Positions 47,461 to 58,106 of a stretch of 64,000 bases of DNA are shown here, one piece after another. The position numbers were made by a program, and so were the translations under genes. Location: NCBI GenBank assembly GCA_038246645.1, contig JBBRVS010000003.1, forward strand, positions 4,569-68,568, written 5' to 3'. Origin of the DNA: Pyrinomonadales bacterium. Its GTDB lineage: Bacteria; Acidobacteriota; Blastocatellia; Pyrinomonadales; Pyrinomonadaceae. How positions within the stretch are numbered: position 1 is the first letter of the stretch; each line of letters begins with the position of its first letter. The notes under the pieces are model-generated. The model was not told the DNA's origin. It ran no database searches and worked only from the letters and a program-made list of their open reading frames with translations.

Positions 47461-48747
47461 TTACTCATACCGCAAAGCCTCGATCGGGTTTAGCCGGCTG
47501 GCGCGAAACGCCGGCAGAACTCCGGCTAAAAATGCGATTATGCAAATCAGCAAAGTCACGAAAATTATCGCCACAGGCGTGAAAACAAATAAGCTGTAGC
47601 CTTCAAAAGATGAAAGATAAGTTTGGGCAAGAAATGTGTTGGCGATAATTCCGATAACAATTCCAGCACCGATGCCGAGAACCGCGCCCCAGAATCCGAT
47701 CAGAATTGATTCGAAACTAAAGAGCAAAAAGACCTTGCCGCGGCTCATTCCGAGGGCTTTCTGCAAACCGATTTCTTTTGTTCTTTCCAAAACGGCGATG
47801 ACCAGAGTATTGATAATCCCGAATGAAGCCGCGAGAAGCGCAATAAGAGCGAAAAAATTCAAACCGATCTGCAAAATACCGATGGCATCATAAGTACGTT
47901 TTTTGATGTCGGTAAAAGTCATCGCTTCGAAGCCTTTTTCTTCCAGAGTCTTTTTAATTTCGGTAATTCTTTTTTCGTCTTTGGTATTGAGCAGAAAAGT
48001 GTAACCGGAAAATTTGTTGTAATTTTCGGTATCTTTATTCTGATCTTCATAAATCCTTTTCGCGGTTTTGGCATCAACAAAAGAATTATAATTTGCCATA
48101 AAACCTTTGGTCGAAATACCGACAATTTGCAGTGAAACTTTTTTGATCTCGCCCGTTTGCCCGGTTTTATAAGCGATCGTCGCATTTTTGCCGATCAATT
48201 GATTGATATTTTCACTTAATCCTTTTGCCAGAGAAAGCGGTAGCATAATTTGATTTTCGCCGTCAATCGTTTTTCCGGCTTCAGTCTTTTGCTCGATCCC
48301 CCGCGAAAGCATTCCGAGCGCGACTTTGTATTTTTTCGTTTCACCCAGCGTGATATATTCGGGATTCATTCGATAAGACGGCGTTGCGCTTTCGACTTCG
48401 GGAAATTCCTTCGCCAGATTTTCCATCTGCACAGCGGAAATCAAAAATGAATTCGGATCAAACGTGTTTCCTTGTTCATCCCGTTCGGTGTCTTTATATT
48501 CGACCGGAGCTTCCGGGTCTTCGCCGTTTTCATCAGGCTGAGGAATTTGTTTGCTGACAAAAACGACCTGATTTCCCTCGATATTTTTTACCTGTTTTTC
48601 GATATAATCGCGCAAACCGTCGCCTAAACCGTTGGTCAGAGTCAGCGTAAATGAACCGACAAAGATTGCCATAACGGTTAAAAACGTGCGGAGTTTGCTC
48701 CGAAAAAGATTGCGGTTGGCTATTTTGATCAAATCCCAAAATTTCAT
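47461..48747 (-). CDS. ABC transporter permease, FtsX/MacB-LolCE type
   Basis: N-terminal TM helix, a periplasmic domain, and a C-terminal FtsX-like 3-TM module (GLQKALGMSRGKV). Confidence 0.85.
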   Translation of the reverse strand: MKFWDLIKIANRNLFRSKLRTFLTVMAIFVGSFTLTLTNGLGDGLRDYIEKQVKNIEGNQVVFVSKQIPQPDENGEDPEAPVEYKDTERDEQGNTFDPNSFLISAVQMENLAKEFPEVESATPSYRMNPEYITLGETKKYKVALGMLSRGIEQKTEAGKTIDGENQIMLPLSLAKGLSENINQLIGKNATIAYKTGQTGEIKKVSLQIVGISTKGFMANYNSFVDAKTAKRIYEDQNKDTENYNKFSGYTFLLNTKDEKRITEIKKTLEEKGFEAMTFTDIKKRTYDAIGILQIGLNFFALIALLAASFGIINTLVIAVLERTKEIGLQKALGMSRGKVFLLFSFESILIGFWGAVLGIGAGIVIGIIANTFLAQTYLSSFEGYSLFVFTPVAIIFVTLLICIIAFLAGVLPAFRASRLNPIEALRYE

Positions 48748-48753
48748 AATAAT

Positions 48754-49425
48754 TTATTTTTCGGAAATAATTTCTCCATCCTTTAATTCGATGATCCGCT
48801 CGCATTTTCCTGCCAGATCTTCATCGTGAGTTACGACGATCAGCGTAATTCCCTTTTCTTTGTTTAATTTAAAAAGCATTTTTTCGATTGATTCGCTCGT
48901 ATTCGAATCGAGATTCCCCGTCGGCTCATCGGCAAAGATCACCTGCGGTCGTCCGACCAGCGCCCGCGCAATGCAGACACGCTGTTTCTCGCCGCCCGAG
49001 AGGTCTTTGGCACGCTTTTCGTCCTTGTCCTTCAAACCGACCGCTTCGAGCGCGTCCATCGCGTCCTTCGTCAAATCATATTGCTCGGCGCCGCGAATTC
49101 TCATCGGCAAAACGACGTTCTCAAACACCGTTTCGCGCCCGTTCAAAAAGAATTGCTGAAAGACAAAACCGAATTTATGATTTCTCAAAGAATCCTTTTG
49201 CTTTTCGTTCAAAACGGAAAAATCTTCATTTTCAAACAAAACGCTGCCCGAAGTCGGAATATCGAGACACGCCAAAAGGTGCATCAAGGTTGATTTCCCG
49301 CTGCCGGATTTCCCGATAATCGCCACGCATTCGCCCTGCTTAATTTGCAGATTGATGTTTTTCAAAACCTCGTATTCCACATTTTCGCTGTGATAAGTTT
49401 TATAAAGATTGATTGCTTCTAACAT
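48754..49425 (-). CDS. ABC transporter ATP-binding protein (MacB/LolD-like)
   Basis: Walker A GKSGSGKST, signature LSGGEKQR, Walker B IFADEPTGNLD. Confidence 0.9.
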   Translation of the reverse strand: MLEAINLYKTYHSENVEYEVLKNINLQIKQGECVAIIGKSGSGKSTLMHLLACLDIPTSGSVLFENEDFSVLNEKQKDSLRNHKFGFVFQQFFLNGRETVFENVVLPMRIRGAEQYDLTKDAMDALEAVGLKDKDEKRAKDLSGGEKQRVCIARALVGRPQVIFADEPTGNLDSNTSESIEKMLFKLNKEKGITLIVVTHDEDLAGKCERIIELKDGEIISEK

Positions 49426-49702
49426 AAAAATTTAAGAATCCCGGACAATTTCAAGTAATCTCTTACGTGATTTTGTATTTTTTAGTTCATTAATAAATTT
49501 ATAAATCGGACTTGTAAAATGTGTTTCTGACTGCGGATTTATATAATTCCTTAATTTTCATAAAATTTTCTTATCTTTTAAATGATTGAGTTTGGATAAC
49601 TTAATGAGTTTTATCCTTTATTTATGGAATTATGAAAAAAAAATGCTTGCTTTTTGATGGTTGACTTGTGTTAAAATACTTAAAACACAAAAGGAGGGTT
49701 TT

Positions 49703-49915
49703 ATGTCTATGAAATGTTGGCACTGCAATAACGATTTAGAAATTGATTTTCAAACAGATGATTTTTCGATGAAGTCTTATCATTGTTCAAATTGTGATAA
49801 ATGGTATGAAATGCGGAAGGAAAAAGCAAGAGTAAACGGCGCGATGCCCGTTAGATTTTTTGAATTGGAAGCCCGACCGCAAACATATAGCGCGAGAGCC
49901 GGATCAGTTTATTAA
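49703..49915 (+). CDS. Small zinc-ribbon protein (70 aa)
   Basis: AAGGAGGG lies 5 nt before the ATG at 49703. It has CWHCNN...CSNCDKWY (CxxC...CxxC). A strong terminator follows. Confidence 0.5.
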   Translation: MSMKCWHCNNDLEIDFQTDDFSMKSYHCSNCDKWYEMRKEKARVNGAMPVRFFELEARPQTYSARAGSVY

Positions 49916-49947
49916 GTTTAGAATAATATAAAAAAATTTAAAATATT

Positions 49948-49986
49948 AAAGGTCGGAAAATCTGCAGTTTTTTCCGACCTTTTTTT
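49948..49986. terminator. Bidirectional intrinsic terminator between the small zinc-ribbon gene and acnA
   Basis: GGTCGGAAAA / TTTTCCGACC stem with the loop TCTGCAG..., flanked by an A-run and a T-run. Confidence 0.7.
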
Positions 49987-49990
49987 GTTT

Positions 49991-52885
49991 TTATTGTCCG
50001 GCGAGAAGTTCTCTTAAAACATACGGCAGAATTCCGCCGTGTTTGTAATATTCGACCTCAATCGGCGTATCAATTCTCAGAGTCAATTGCACTTCTTCCG
50101 ATTCGCCGCTCAAGCGGTTAATTATCATCGTCACATTCTGACGCGGCGCGACCTCAGTTTCTTCCAAACCGGAAATATCAAAAGTTTCCGTTCCGTCGAG
50201 ATTATAAGTTTGCGCCGATTCACCGTCTTTAAATTGCAGCGGCAGCACGCCCATTCCGATCAGATTCGAGCGGTGAATTCGCTCGTAACTTTCCGCAACT
50301 ACAGCTTTTACGCCCATCAGAGCAGTCCCTTTTGCCGCCCAATCGCGCGAACTTCCCGTACCGTATTCTTGTCCGGTAATAATTACAAGCGGCGTGTTTT
50401 TCTTCTTATATTTCAGTGCGGCATCATATATCGTCAATTCTTCGCCTTCGGGTTGAAAAACCGTAAAACCGCCTTCTTTGGGCGAAACCATCAGATTTTT
50501 GATGCGAACATTGGCAAAAGTGCCGCGAAGCATCACGCGGTCGTTTCCGCGCCGCGAACCGTAAGAGTTAAAATCCTTCGGCTCGACACCTTTTTCCTGC
50601 AAATATAAACCGGCGGGCGAACTCGGTTTGATCGCGCCTGCCGGAGAAATATGATCGGTCGTTACGGAATTTCCGAAAATTGCCAAGGGTCGTGCATTTT
50701 TAATATTTGAAAATTTTCCGGCGTTCATCGTAAAGCCCTCAAAATACGGCGGTTCTTGAATGTAGGTCGAATTTTCGTCCCATTCATAAACATTTCCGAC
50801 GGTTGAAGGAATTTCGTTCCAGAGCGGATTCTGTTCGGCAAAATCACTGTAGAGGTTTTTGAACATTTCAGGATTAAGCGCGGTTTGCATCACTTCCTTA
50901 ACATCTTCCAGACTCGCCCAAATGTCTTTCAAATAAACATCGTTGCCGCTCTCATCCTGCCCGATCGGTTCCGTTGCTAAATCTATGGTAACGCTTCCGG
51001 CAAGGGCAAAGGCGACAACCAGCGGCGGCGACATCAAAAAGTTAGCTTTGATATTCTGATGAACACGCGCTTCAAAATTGCGATTTCCCGACAAGACCGA
51101 AGCGGCGATCAGATCATTTTCAACAATCGCATCTTCAATCGAGGGATCGAGCGGACCGGAATTTCCGATACAGGTCGTGCAGCCGTAACCGACCAGATCA
51201 AACCCGATTTTGTTCAAAAAGGGCTGTAAACCCGTTTTTTCCAAATAATCCGTCACGACCCGCGAACCCGGTGCCAGCGAAGTTTTGACATAAGCCGGAA
51301 CTTTCAAGCCTTTTTCAACCGCTCTTTTAGCGACGATTCCGGCGGCGATCATGACGCTCGGATTGGACGTATTCGTGCAGGACGTGATCGCGGCGATCAA
51401 AACGTCGCCGTGTCCGATTGCCGCCGATGTCGGTCCGTCACCCTGATTTTCCGAAGGGTTTTCCACACGGTTGGGAGTCGGGCGATTATTGACCATCTCG
51501 GATTCGGTCCAGGTGTTCGTATTTTCCCTGCTAACGTTGTTTATAACCGGGAGCGCAGTTCCCGAAGTGCTTTGCGAACCGCCGCCGACGGCAATTTCGG
51601 AATTAGGCGCACCGATGGTTACGCCGAATTTTCTTTCCAGATCTTCTTTGGTTTTACCGAAACCGCTTTCCGCCACCGGAGCTATAAATAATTCTTCGAA
51701 TTTGCTTTTCAGATTCTGCAATTCGATGCGGTCTTGCGGGCGTTTTGGTCCGGCAACCGACGGCACAATCGAGCCCAGATCGAGTTCGATAACATTGGTA
51801 TATTCGACTTCACCCTTGAGCGGAATTCCGAACATTTCCTGTGCGGTGTAATAATTTTTGATTGTTTCGATGTGTTCTTCGCTTCTGCCGGTCGCTCTGT
51901 AATAATCGAGCGTTTTTTCGTCAACGCCGAAAAATCCCATCGTTGCGCCGTATTCCGGAGCCATATTCGCAATCGTCGCGCGGTCGGTTGCGGCAAGCGC
52001 GCGTGCGCCTTCGCCGTGAAATTCGACAAATTTGCCGACGACCTTTGCCTCACGAAGCATTTCAGTTACGCGCAAAACCAGATCGGTCGCGGTCGCGCCT
52101 TCGGCAAGCGTTCCCGACAAATGTACGCCGACGACATCCGGCGTTAAAATATAGACGGGCTGACCGAGCATTCCGGCTTCGGCTTCGATTCCGCCGACGC
52201 CCCAACCGACAATTCCGAGTCCGTTGATCATCGTCGTGTGCGAATCTGTTCCGACTAAAGTATCCGGAAAATAAACACCTTCACGCTCGAAAACGCCTTT
52301 TGCCAGATATTCGAGATTTACCTGATGGACGATTCCGATTCCGGGCGGCACGACGCGAAAACCGTTAAACGCCTGTGTTCCCCATTTTAAGAATTTATAT
52401 CGTTGTTCGTTGCGCCGGAATTCCATCTCCATATTGCGCTGATACGCCTGTTCACTGCCCGCGTAATCAACCTGTACGGAATGGTCAATCACCAGATCAA
52501 CCGGAACGAGCGGTTCGATGACATCCGTATTTTTGCCCAGACGTTTGACCGCCGAACGCATCGCTGCCAAATCCACGAGCAGCGGAACGCCCGTAAAATC
52601 CTGCAAAATCACGCGAGCGACGACAAACGGGACTTCGTCCGTGCGGTCGGCATTAGCGCCCCAATTCGAAAATTTTTCGACATCTTTTTCGCTGATTTTC
52701 TTGCCCTCGTCAAAATTTCTCAAAACCGATTCAAGCACGATGCGAATCGAGATCGGCAAACCCGAAATTTTAGCAATTCCTTCTTTTTCAAGCTGCGGCA
52801 ATGAATAAAATATGCCGTCTTCGCCGGTTCCGGTTTTAAAAGTCTGTCGTGTATTAAATAAATTATGTGTCATATTTTCGCCCAT
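49991..52885 (-). CDS. acnA: Aconitate hydratase A
   Basis: 964 aa with full-length aconitase/IRP-type motifs ([36 protein letters not shown]). Confidence 0.95.
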   Translation of the reverse strand: MGENMTHNLFNTRQTFKTGTGEDGIFYSLPQLEKEGIAKISGLPISIRIVLESVLRNFDEGKKISEKDVEKFSNWGANADRTDEVPFVVARVILQDFTGVPLLVDLAAMRSAVKRLGKNTDVIEPLVPVDLVIDHSVQVDYAGSEQAYQRNMEMEFRRNEQRYKFLKWGTQAFNGFRVVPPGIGIVHQVNLEYLAKGVFEREGVYFPDTLVGTDSHTTMINGLGIVGWGVGGIEAEAGMLGQPVYILTPDVVGVHLSGTLAEGATATDLVLRVTEMLREAKVVGKFVEFHGEGARALAATDRATIANMAPEYGATMGFFGVDEKTLDYYRATGRSEEHIETIKNYYTAQEMFGIPLKGEVEYTNVIELDLGSIVPSVAGPKRPQDRIELQNLKSKFEELFIAPVAESGFGKTKEDLERKFGVTIGAPNSEIAVGGGSQSTSGTALPVINNVSRENTNTWTESEMVNNRPTPNRVENPSENQGDGPTSAAIGHGDVLIAAITSCTNTSNPSVMIAAGIVAKRAVEKGLKVPAYVKTSLAPGSRVVTDYLEKTGLQPFLNKIGFDLVGYGCTTCIGNSGPLDPSIEDAIVENDLIAASVLSGNRNFEARVHQNIKANFLMSPPLVVAFALAGSVTIDLATEPIGQDESGNDVYLKDIWASLEDVKEVMQTALNPEMFKNLYSDFAEQNPLWNEIPSTVGNVYEWDENSTYIQEPPYFEGFTMNAGKFSNIKNARPLAIFGNSVTTDHISPAGAIKPSSPAGLYLQEKGVEPKDFNSYGSRRGNDRVMLRGTFANVRIKNLMVSPKEGGFTVFQPEGEELTIYDAALKYKKKNTPLVIITGQEYGTGSSRDWAAKGTALMGVKAVVAESYERIHRSNLIGMGVLPLQFKDGESAQTYNLDGTETFDISGLEETEVAPRQNVTMIINRLSGESEEVQLTLRIDTPIEVEYYKHGGILPYVLRELLAGQ

Positions 52886-53108
52886 CCCTTTGTTTTTTTA
52901 GATATATCATTGTTAATTCTTTAACTTGAGTTTAAGAGGATGTGAAAAAAAACTCAAGCAAGTGCTATTTTTATTAAGCGATTTCATTTCGAGTTTTTTT
53001 TTATAAGAGATTTTAATAAGTTGAAAGCTTATTGTTTAAGTAAAATGCTTTTATAATTACAGGGCAATCCGACTAAAGATACAGCGTTGGTTAAGTAAAT
53101 CAGAAAGC

Positions 53109-53146
53109 AAGTCAGTAGCGTCGGCGTGAGCCGACGCTACTGACTT
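53109..53146. repeat. Perfect 17-bp hairpin capped by the GNRA loop GTGA
   Basis: AAGTCAGTAGCGTCGGC-GTGA-GCCGACGCTACTGACTT. The same module (GTCAGTAGCGTCGGCGTGAGCCGA) occurs in reverse orientation at about 62743-62766. Confidence 0.75.
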
Positions 53147-53340
53147 ATGGCATAGTTTCTAAGTAGAAAGGGTATTTTGAAGACCGCGTGCTAAACGGAC
53201 ACTCCGATCTAATTATAATATTTTCCAATTATTTTTCTTAATAGCTCTGCTTTCAACTTTATACCAATCGCGTTATATTCTAAACCTTGTAAATGTAATA
53301 TTTTCGGAGTTAATAATGAACGACGACGGCGGTAGTTTTA

Positions 53341-54642
53341 ATGAAATCAAAAGGGTTTTCGATAAAAAAATCTGTGCAAAACCTCAAGCGTTTTCCCGCG
53401 CGAATCCGCCGAAGTCTGTATGAATACCGCTATTTCACATATCTCGCAATTCTCGGTCCGGGCTTGATTGCCGCTAATTCCGGCAACGAAGCCAGCGGAA
53501 TCGCCACGTATTCTTCCGCCGGAGCCGAATACGGCTACACACTTCTCTGGACATTTATCCCGATGACCATCTGTTTTATGGTCGCGCAGGAAATGTGCGT
53601 TCGGATGGGCGTGGTTACGGGGCAAGGCTTGGCGGATTTGATCCGCGAAAATTTCGGTGTGCGCTGGACGGCACTTGTTATGCTTTCACTTTTGATTGCC
53701 AATACCGGAATTATCATCGCCGAATTTATCGGCATCGCGCAGGCTTCGGAGATTTTCGGCGTGTCGCGCTATATCACCATTCCGATCACGGCGGTCGTCG
53801 TCTGGTGGCTGGTCGTCAAAGGAACTCCGAAACGCGTCGAACAGGTTTTTCTGCTGATGTCTTTGATTTTTTTGACTTACATTGTTTCCGCATTTCTGGC
53901 AAAACCGGATTGGAACGAAGTCGGAAGACAAGTGATCGCACCGGAATTATCATTTGAAACGGGTTATTTATTTACCGTTATGGCGCTGATCGGAACGACC
54001 ATTACGCCGTTTATGCAGGTTTATGTCCAATCTTCAGTCGTTGAAAAAGGAATGGATAAGGAAGATTACCCGGTCGCGCGAGCCGATGCTTTTATCGGGG
54101 TTTTATTCGCCAATTTGATCGCCGCCTTTATTGTCATTTCAACTGCCGCCACGCTTCACCAGCAAGGAATAAAACTCGAAAATGCCGCCGATGCCGCACT
54201 TGCGCTCGAACCGGCGGTCGGGCAATATGCGAAATACCTGTTTGCCGTCGGGCTTTTCGGCGCGTCAATGCTGGCAATGGGCGTTCTGCCGATTGCGACC
54301 GCGTATTCCCTGAGCGAAGCTCTCGGCTTTGAAAAAGGTCTGTCGCACACATTCCGCGAAGCTCCGATTTTTCTCGGCATTTTTACAACGCTCATCGTAA
54401 TCGGTGCAACCGTTGCTTTAATTCCGGGAATTCCGCAAATCAAACTGCTTATTTTTACGCAATCAATCAATGGTTTACTGCTTCCGGTTATTCTCGTTGC
54501 CGTTGTTCTGCTTTCGAGCAATGCCGAAATTATGGGCGAATATAAGAACAGTCTGCCGTTTAAAATTCTGGCTTGGACAATGACGATTATCGTCTCTTTT
54601 CTTTCGGTTCTTTTAATAATTACTTCAATTGTCGGATATTAG
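53341..54642 (+). CDS. mntH: NRAMP-family divalent metal (Mn2+/Fe2+) transporter
   Basis: 11-12 TM helices and NRAMP motifs (GPGLIAANSGNEASGI, QEMCVRMGVVTG). Confidence 0.9.
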   Translation: MKSKGFSIKKSVQNLKRFPARIRRSLYEYRYFTYLAILGPGLIAANSGNEASGIATYSSAGAEYGYTLLWTFIPMTICFMVAQEMCVRMGVVTGQGLADLIRENFGVRWTALVMLSLLIANTGIIIAEFIGIAQASEIFGVSRYITIPITAVVVWWLVVKGTPKRVEQVFLLMSLIFLTYIVSAFLAKPDWNEVGRQVIAPELSFETGYLFTVMALIGTTITPFMQVYVQSSVVEKGMDKEDYPVARADAFIGVLFANLIAAFIVISTAATLHQQGIKLENAADAALALEPAVGQYAKYLFAVGLFGASMLAMGVLPIATAYSLSEALGFEKGLSHTFREAPIFLGIFTTLIVIGATVALIPGIPQIKLLIFTQSINGLLLPVILVAVVLLSSNAEIMGEYKNSLPFKILAWTMTIIVSFLSVLLIITSIVGY

Positions 54643-54691
54643 CTTTTTAGTTTTGATTATTTCTTTTATAATCGCATTTTGAAAAATCAAT

Positions 54692-56185
54692 ATGGATTCA
54701 AACGAATTTAGAAAGCAAACCTTTATTGTCCTGAGTTTTTCCGTAATAATCATTGCGGCTTTGATTTTTCTGCGATTTATCGAACCGACGATAGCTTCAT
54801 CAGTTGTTGCGTTTTTTGAAACGGCAAACGAATCTCAAACCGAAGCCTCAAAGCAAATGGAATTTGCTTTGAGCATTTTGACCAACTTCTTTAACGTTTT
54901 AAAGATATTGCTCTGGTTCGGTCTGGTTTTGATAATCATTCGCTTTCTTAATGCTTTAATTTTCAGTACGGCTTTGAAAAGTGCCGGATCTTACGAACTT
55001 TCAGGCTTAATCAGCAGCATCGTAAATATTATTATTTACATCGTTTCCTTTTTTATAATCTTCAAAACTCAATATCCGAATATTGATCTCGGCGCAATTT
55101 TTACGACTTCGACGATTATCGGCGTGGTCATCGGTCTGGCATTGCAGGACACTCTGGGAAATCTTTTTGCGGGTTTTGCGATACAGGCAGATCAGCCTTT
55201 TCAAATCGGCGATGTCGTTTCGATACCGAACAAAGGAATCGGCGTGGTCGAAACGATTTCGTGGCGCGGCGTTAAAATCCGCACGTTTCAAAACAAACTG
55301 CTCATCATCAGCAACAGCGTGTTGGGAAAAGAAGCGATCGAGGTTGCGCCGCGTGATAATTTGAATGCGCGGCTGGTGTTTTTCAACACGCTTTACACGG
55401 ATTCTCCGGCAAAAACGATTCAGATAATTCAGGAAATTGTTCGTCAGGTCGAAAATGTTTCGCCGAAAATCCGTCCGCAGGTCAGAATCCGCGATCTGGC
55501 GGCAGACGGTCTCGATTGGGAAGTAAAATACTGGGTGGAAGATTATGCAAAATTTAATACGACCGACGCGCTGATTCGCCAACATATCTGGTATGCGTTC
55601 CAGCGCGAACATATTCATTTCGCTTTTCCGACGCGCACCGTTTTTATCCAATCGGAACAACCTGCCGAAGCGTTTGCCGAAAATCCCGACGAAATTTTCG
55701 AGCGTTTAAGCAATATTCCGGTTTTTTCTCCCTTGAGCAAAGAAGAAATCAAATCGCTTGCCGATTCGAGTTCCATCAGAGTTTTCGCTCCGAATGAACC
55801 GATTGTCCGAAAAGGGCAAAAAGGCAAATCAATGTTTATCATTCATCGCGGAACGGTCAATATTCGAATCAAGGAAGACGGAAAACCAAAAGTTATCGGA
55901 AGTTTGATCGAAGGTGATTTTTTCGGCGAAATGGGGCTTTTCACGGGCGAAGAAAGAACGGCTGATGTCGTTGCCGATTCGGAAACAAAAGTGTTGGAAA
56001 TAAAACATTTCAATCTGAAACCGATTCTTGAAAACAACCCCGAATTGGTAAAAAGTTTCAGCGAAATCATCGAAGCGCGCCGCGCCGAACTCGATAAACA
56101 GCAAATGGTAACACAAAAAGGCAAAAAATCCGCCGACAACGGTTTGGTTAATTCGATCAGAAAATTCTTCGGCTTGAAAGGCTGA
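54692..56185 (+). CDS. MscS-family mechanosensitive channel fused to a cyclic-nucleotide-binding domain
   Basis: TM region plus MscS beta-domain (PFQIGDVVSIPNKGIGVVETISWRGVKIRT). The C-terminal cNMP motif is FFGEMGLFTGEERTADVVA. Confidence 0.85.
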   Translation: MDSNEFRKQTFIVLSFSVIIIAALIFLRFIEPTIASSVVAFFETANESQTEASKQMEFALSILTNFFNVLKILLWFGLVLIIIRFLNALIFSTALKSAGSYELSGLISSIVNIIIYIVSFFIIFKTQYPNIDLGAIFTTSTIIGVVIGLALQDTLGNLFAGFAIQADQPFQIGDVVSIPNKGIGVVETISWRGVKIRTFQNKLLIISNSVLGKEAIEVAPRDNLNARLVFFNTLYTDSPAKTIQIIQEIVRQVENVSPKIRPQVRIRDLAADGLDWEVKYWVEDYAKFNTTDALIRQHIWYAFQREHIHFAFPTRTVFIQSEQPAEAFAENPDEIFERLSNIPVFSPLSKEEIKSLADSSSIRVFAPNEPIVRKGQKGKSMFIIHRGTVNIRIKEDGKPKVIGSLIEGDFFGEMGLFTGEERTADVVADSETKVLEIKHFNLKPILENNPELVKSFSEIIEARRAELDKQQMVTQKGKKSADNGLVNSIRKFFGLKG

Positions 56186-56239
56186 ACCTTGACAGATTTT
56201 TTATTGATAAAAGCATTTGTAAAGATAAATCTTAGCGTT

Positions 56240-56314
56240 CTTTGCGACAAACTTTGCGTCCTTTGCGTTAAAAAAAGCAGTCTAAACGCAAAGGACGCAA
56301 AGTTTGTCGCAAAG
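56240..56314. repeat. 30-bp perfect inverted repeat built from CTTTGCG units
   Basis: CTTTGCGACAAACTTTGCGTCCTTTGCGTT (56240-56269) pairs with AACGCAAAGGACGCAAAGTTTGTCGCAAAG (56285-56314), with a 15-nt spacer. Confidence 0.8.
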
Positions 56315-56342
56315 AAACGCAAAGTTTAAGCTCTTCATTTCA

Positions 56343-56383
56343 ACCAAAAAAAATCGTGAGCCGTTTGAATTGACTCACGATTT
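56343..56383 (-). terminator. Intrinsic terminator downstream of the TonB-like gene
   Basis: 10-bp stem AAATCGTGAG / CTCACGATTT with a 13-nt loop. On the minus strand a T8-9 run follows. Confidence 0.65.
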
Positions 56384-56408
56384 TTAAAAAAAGACTCTGC
56401 TCTTAATT

Positions 56409-57806
56409 TTAGTAAATAGTAAATGTATATTGAACGGTTATCGTCACCGATTGCGGTTGACCGTTGACCAGACGCGGCTGAAATTTGATCTGACGCGCCG
56501 CGGCAATGGCCTGTTCCGTCAAACCATTACCCAAGCCTCTGACCGGAGAAATGCTTCCGATTTGTCCGTTGGCTAAAAACGTAATTCGCAGAACGACTTG
56601 TCCTTGCACATTATTTTGACGCGCCGCATCCGTATATTTCGGCTGCGGTTTGGAAATAAATTTGATTGCCGATGAAGGTCCCGAAGGTTCAGGTTTTTTA
56701 GGCACGGGAAGTTTACTTCCTTCATTACCGCTGCCTGTTCCGCGCCCAGTTCCGTCACCAATGCCGCTTCCGCTGCCCGAGCCGATTCCCGAACCTTGTC
56801 CCGTTCCGCGCCCCGAACCTTGTCCCGTTCCGGTTCCCGAACCTTGTCCGCCGCCCGTGCCTAAGCCGTCAGAAAGTTTTCCAAGTAATCCATTAGGATC
56901 ACCGTAAGGTTCCGGAGTTTGAGGAGCGACTTTATCTCCCTGAGTCGAAGCAATCGGCTGTTTCAAATCAAAGTCTTTTTGAACAATAGTTTTAGTTGGC
57001 GCAATGATCGGATCTCTGGTTTGAGTTGCCAATCTTCCCTGCGAAGTCGGTGTCTGCTCATCACGCCCGCCGCCGCCGCCGCCGCCGGCATCTTTATCGT
57101 CGGCAATCTTCTTTTCTTCTTCCTCGACCGTCATCGGCACCGCATCAACCACCGGAACAAAGATACCTAAATCGTCTTCGCCGATAGCACCGACTAATAA
57201 TGGATGATTGAAAATAGAATAAATCAAGCCTCCGAAGCATAATGAAACCATAATGACCATTACGCCGAGAAGTAAAATGTTGCGTTCCTTGACGTTTTTT
57301 TCCGTTAAAACCGTAACGTGAAAATCGTCTGCATCTTTATTTTTGTAAAAATCTTTTGCGCCGGAATCTATCGGTTGATAATTGCTGTAGTCAATTTTCG
57401 TCTGATAGGCTTCGTCAGAAACATCGCCGCCCAAACCCGAACCGGCTCCGGCAACAGAAAATTTCGGCTTGGCAATCGGTTCGATTTCTTCAACTTCGTC
57501 TTCCGATAAATCTAGTTCAATATCTTCCGCCGATGGTTCCGCGCTATCGGCGTGAAAACCGTTTGTTTCAGGCATCTCCAAATGATCGGTTGTAAATGCC
57601 GAGTCGGTCGAATAACTTTCCGCAGTTGCTGTTTCAATTTCATTTAAACCAGAAACTCCGGCAGAAGTTTTTTCTTCCGCTTTTACCGCATTTTCAATCG
57701 GATTCATCTCAAATGCTGTTAAAGATTCTCCGCAAATCGGACAAAATCCAAACTTCTCCGCAAAACTTTCTTCGCAAGCATTACAATATTTTACTATTTT
57801 TCCCAT
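56409..57806 (-). CDS. TonB-family energy transducer with an N-terminal zinc ribbon and a Gly-rich linker
   Basis: CNACEESFAEKFGFCPICG, a TM helix (ILLLGVMVIMVSLCFGGLIYSIF) and GTGGGQGSGTGTGQGSGRGTGQGSGIGSGSGSG repeats. The TonB C-terminal domain reads PKYTDAARQNNVQGQVVLRITFLANG...FQP. Confidence 0.8.
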   Translation of the reverse strand: MGKIVKYCNACEESFAEKFGFCPICGESLTAFEMNPIENAVKAEEKTSAGVSGLNEIETATAESYSTDSAFTTDHLEMPETNGFHADSAEPSAEDIELDLSEDEVEEIEPIAKPKFSVAGAGSGLGGDVSDEAYQTKIDYSNYQPIDSGAKDFYKNKDADDFHVTVLTEKNVKERNILLLGVMVIMVSLCFGGLIYSIFNHPLLVGAIGEDDLGIFVPVVDAVPMTVEEEEKKIADDKDAGGGGGGGRDEQTPTSQGRLATQTRDPIIAPTKTIVQKDFDLKQPIASTQGDKVAPQTPEPYGDPNGLLGKLSDGLGTGGGQGSGTGTGQGSGRGTGQGSGIGSGSGSGIGDGTGRGTGSGNEGSKLPVPKKPEPSGPSSAIKFISKPQPKYTDAARQNNVQGQVVLRITFLANGQIGSISPVRGLGNGLTEQAIAAARQIKFQPRLVNGQPQSVTITVQYTFTIY

Positions 57807-58106
57807 ATCTCTAGCCTCTAGATTTCTTTTCTTGGTTTAAAGCCTTCAACTAATGTCGGTAATTATAACTTGATTTTTGCAGGATGTTAAGTTTCTTCAG
57901 GCAATGTTTGAAACTCACCATAAATCAAGATTACTACATTTTCTATAGATGCCTCAATCGTTTGACGCGATGCCTGCGGGCAACTAAAATTTTCATTTTG
58001 TAAAATCCATAAAAAATCAAGTAAATTTAATTTCTCCGATGACAACTAAAATTATATTATTCGGCAACTAATGTTAAACTTTTTAATTCTTTATCAAAAA
58101 AAAACA

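Noticed and set aside
52886-53340. Manganese (yybP-ykoY) riboswitch or a Fur/MntR box upstream of mntH
   Set aside because: I could not find the conserved riboswitch helices and loops or a recognisable palindromic operator by eye. Only the GNRA hairpin module is evident.
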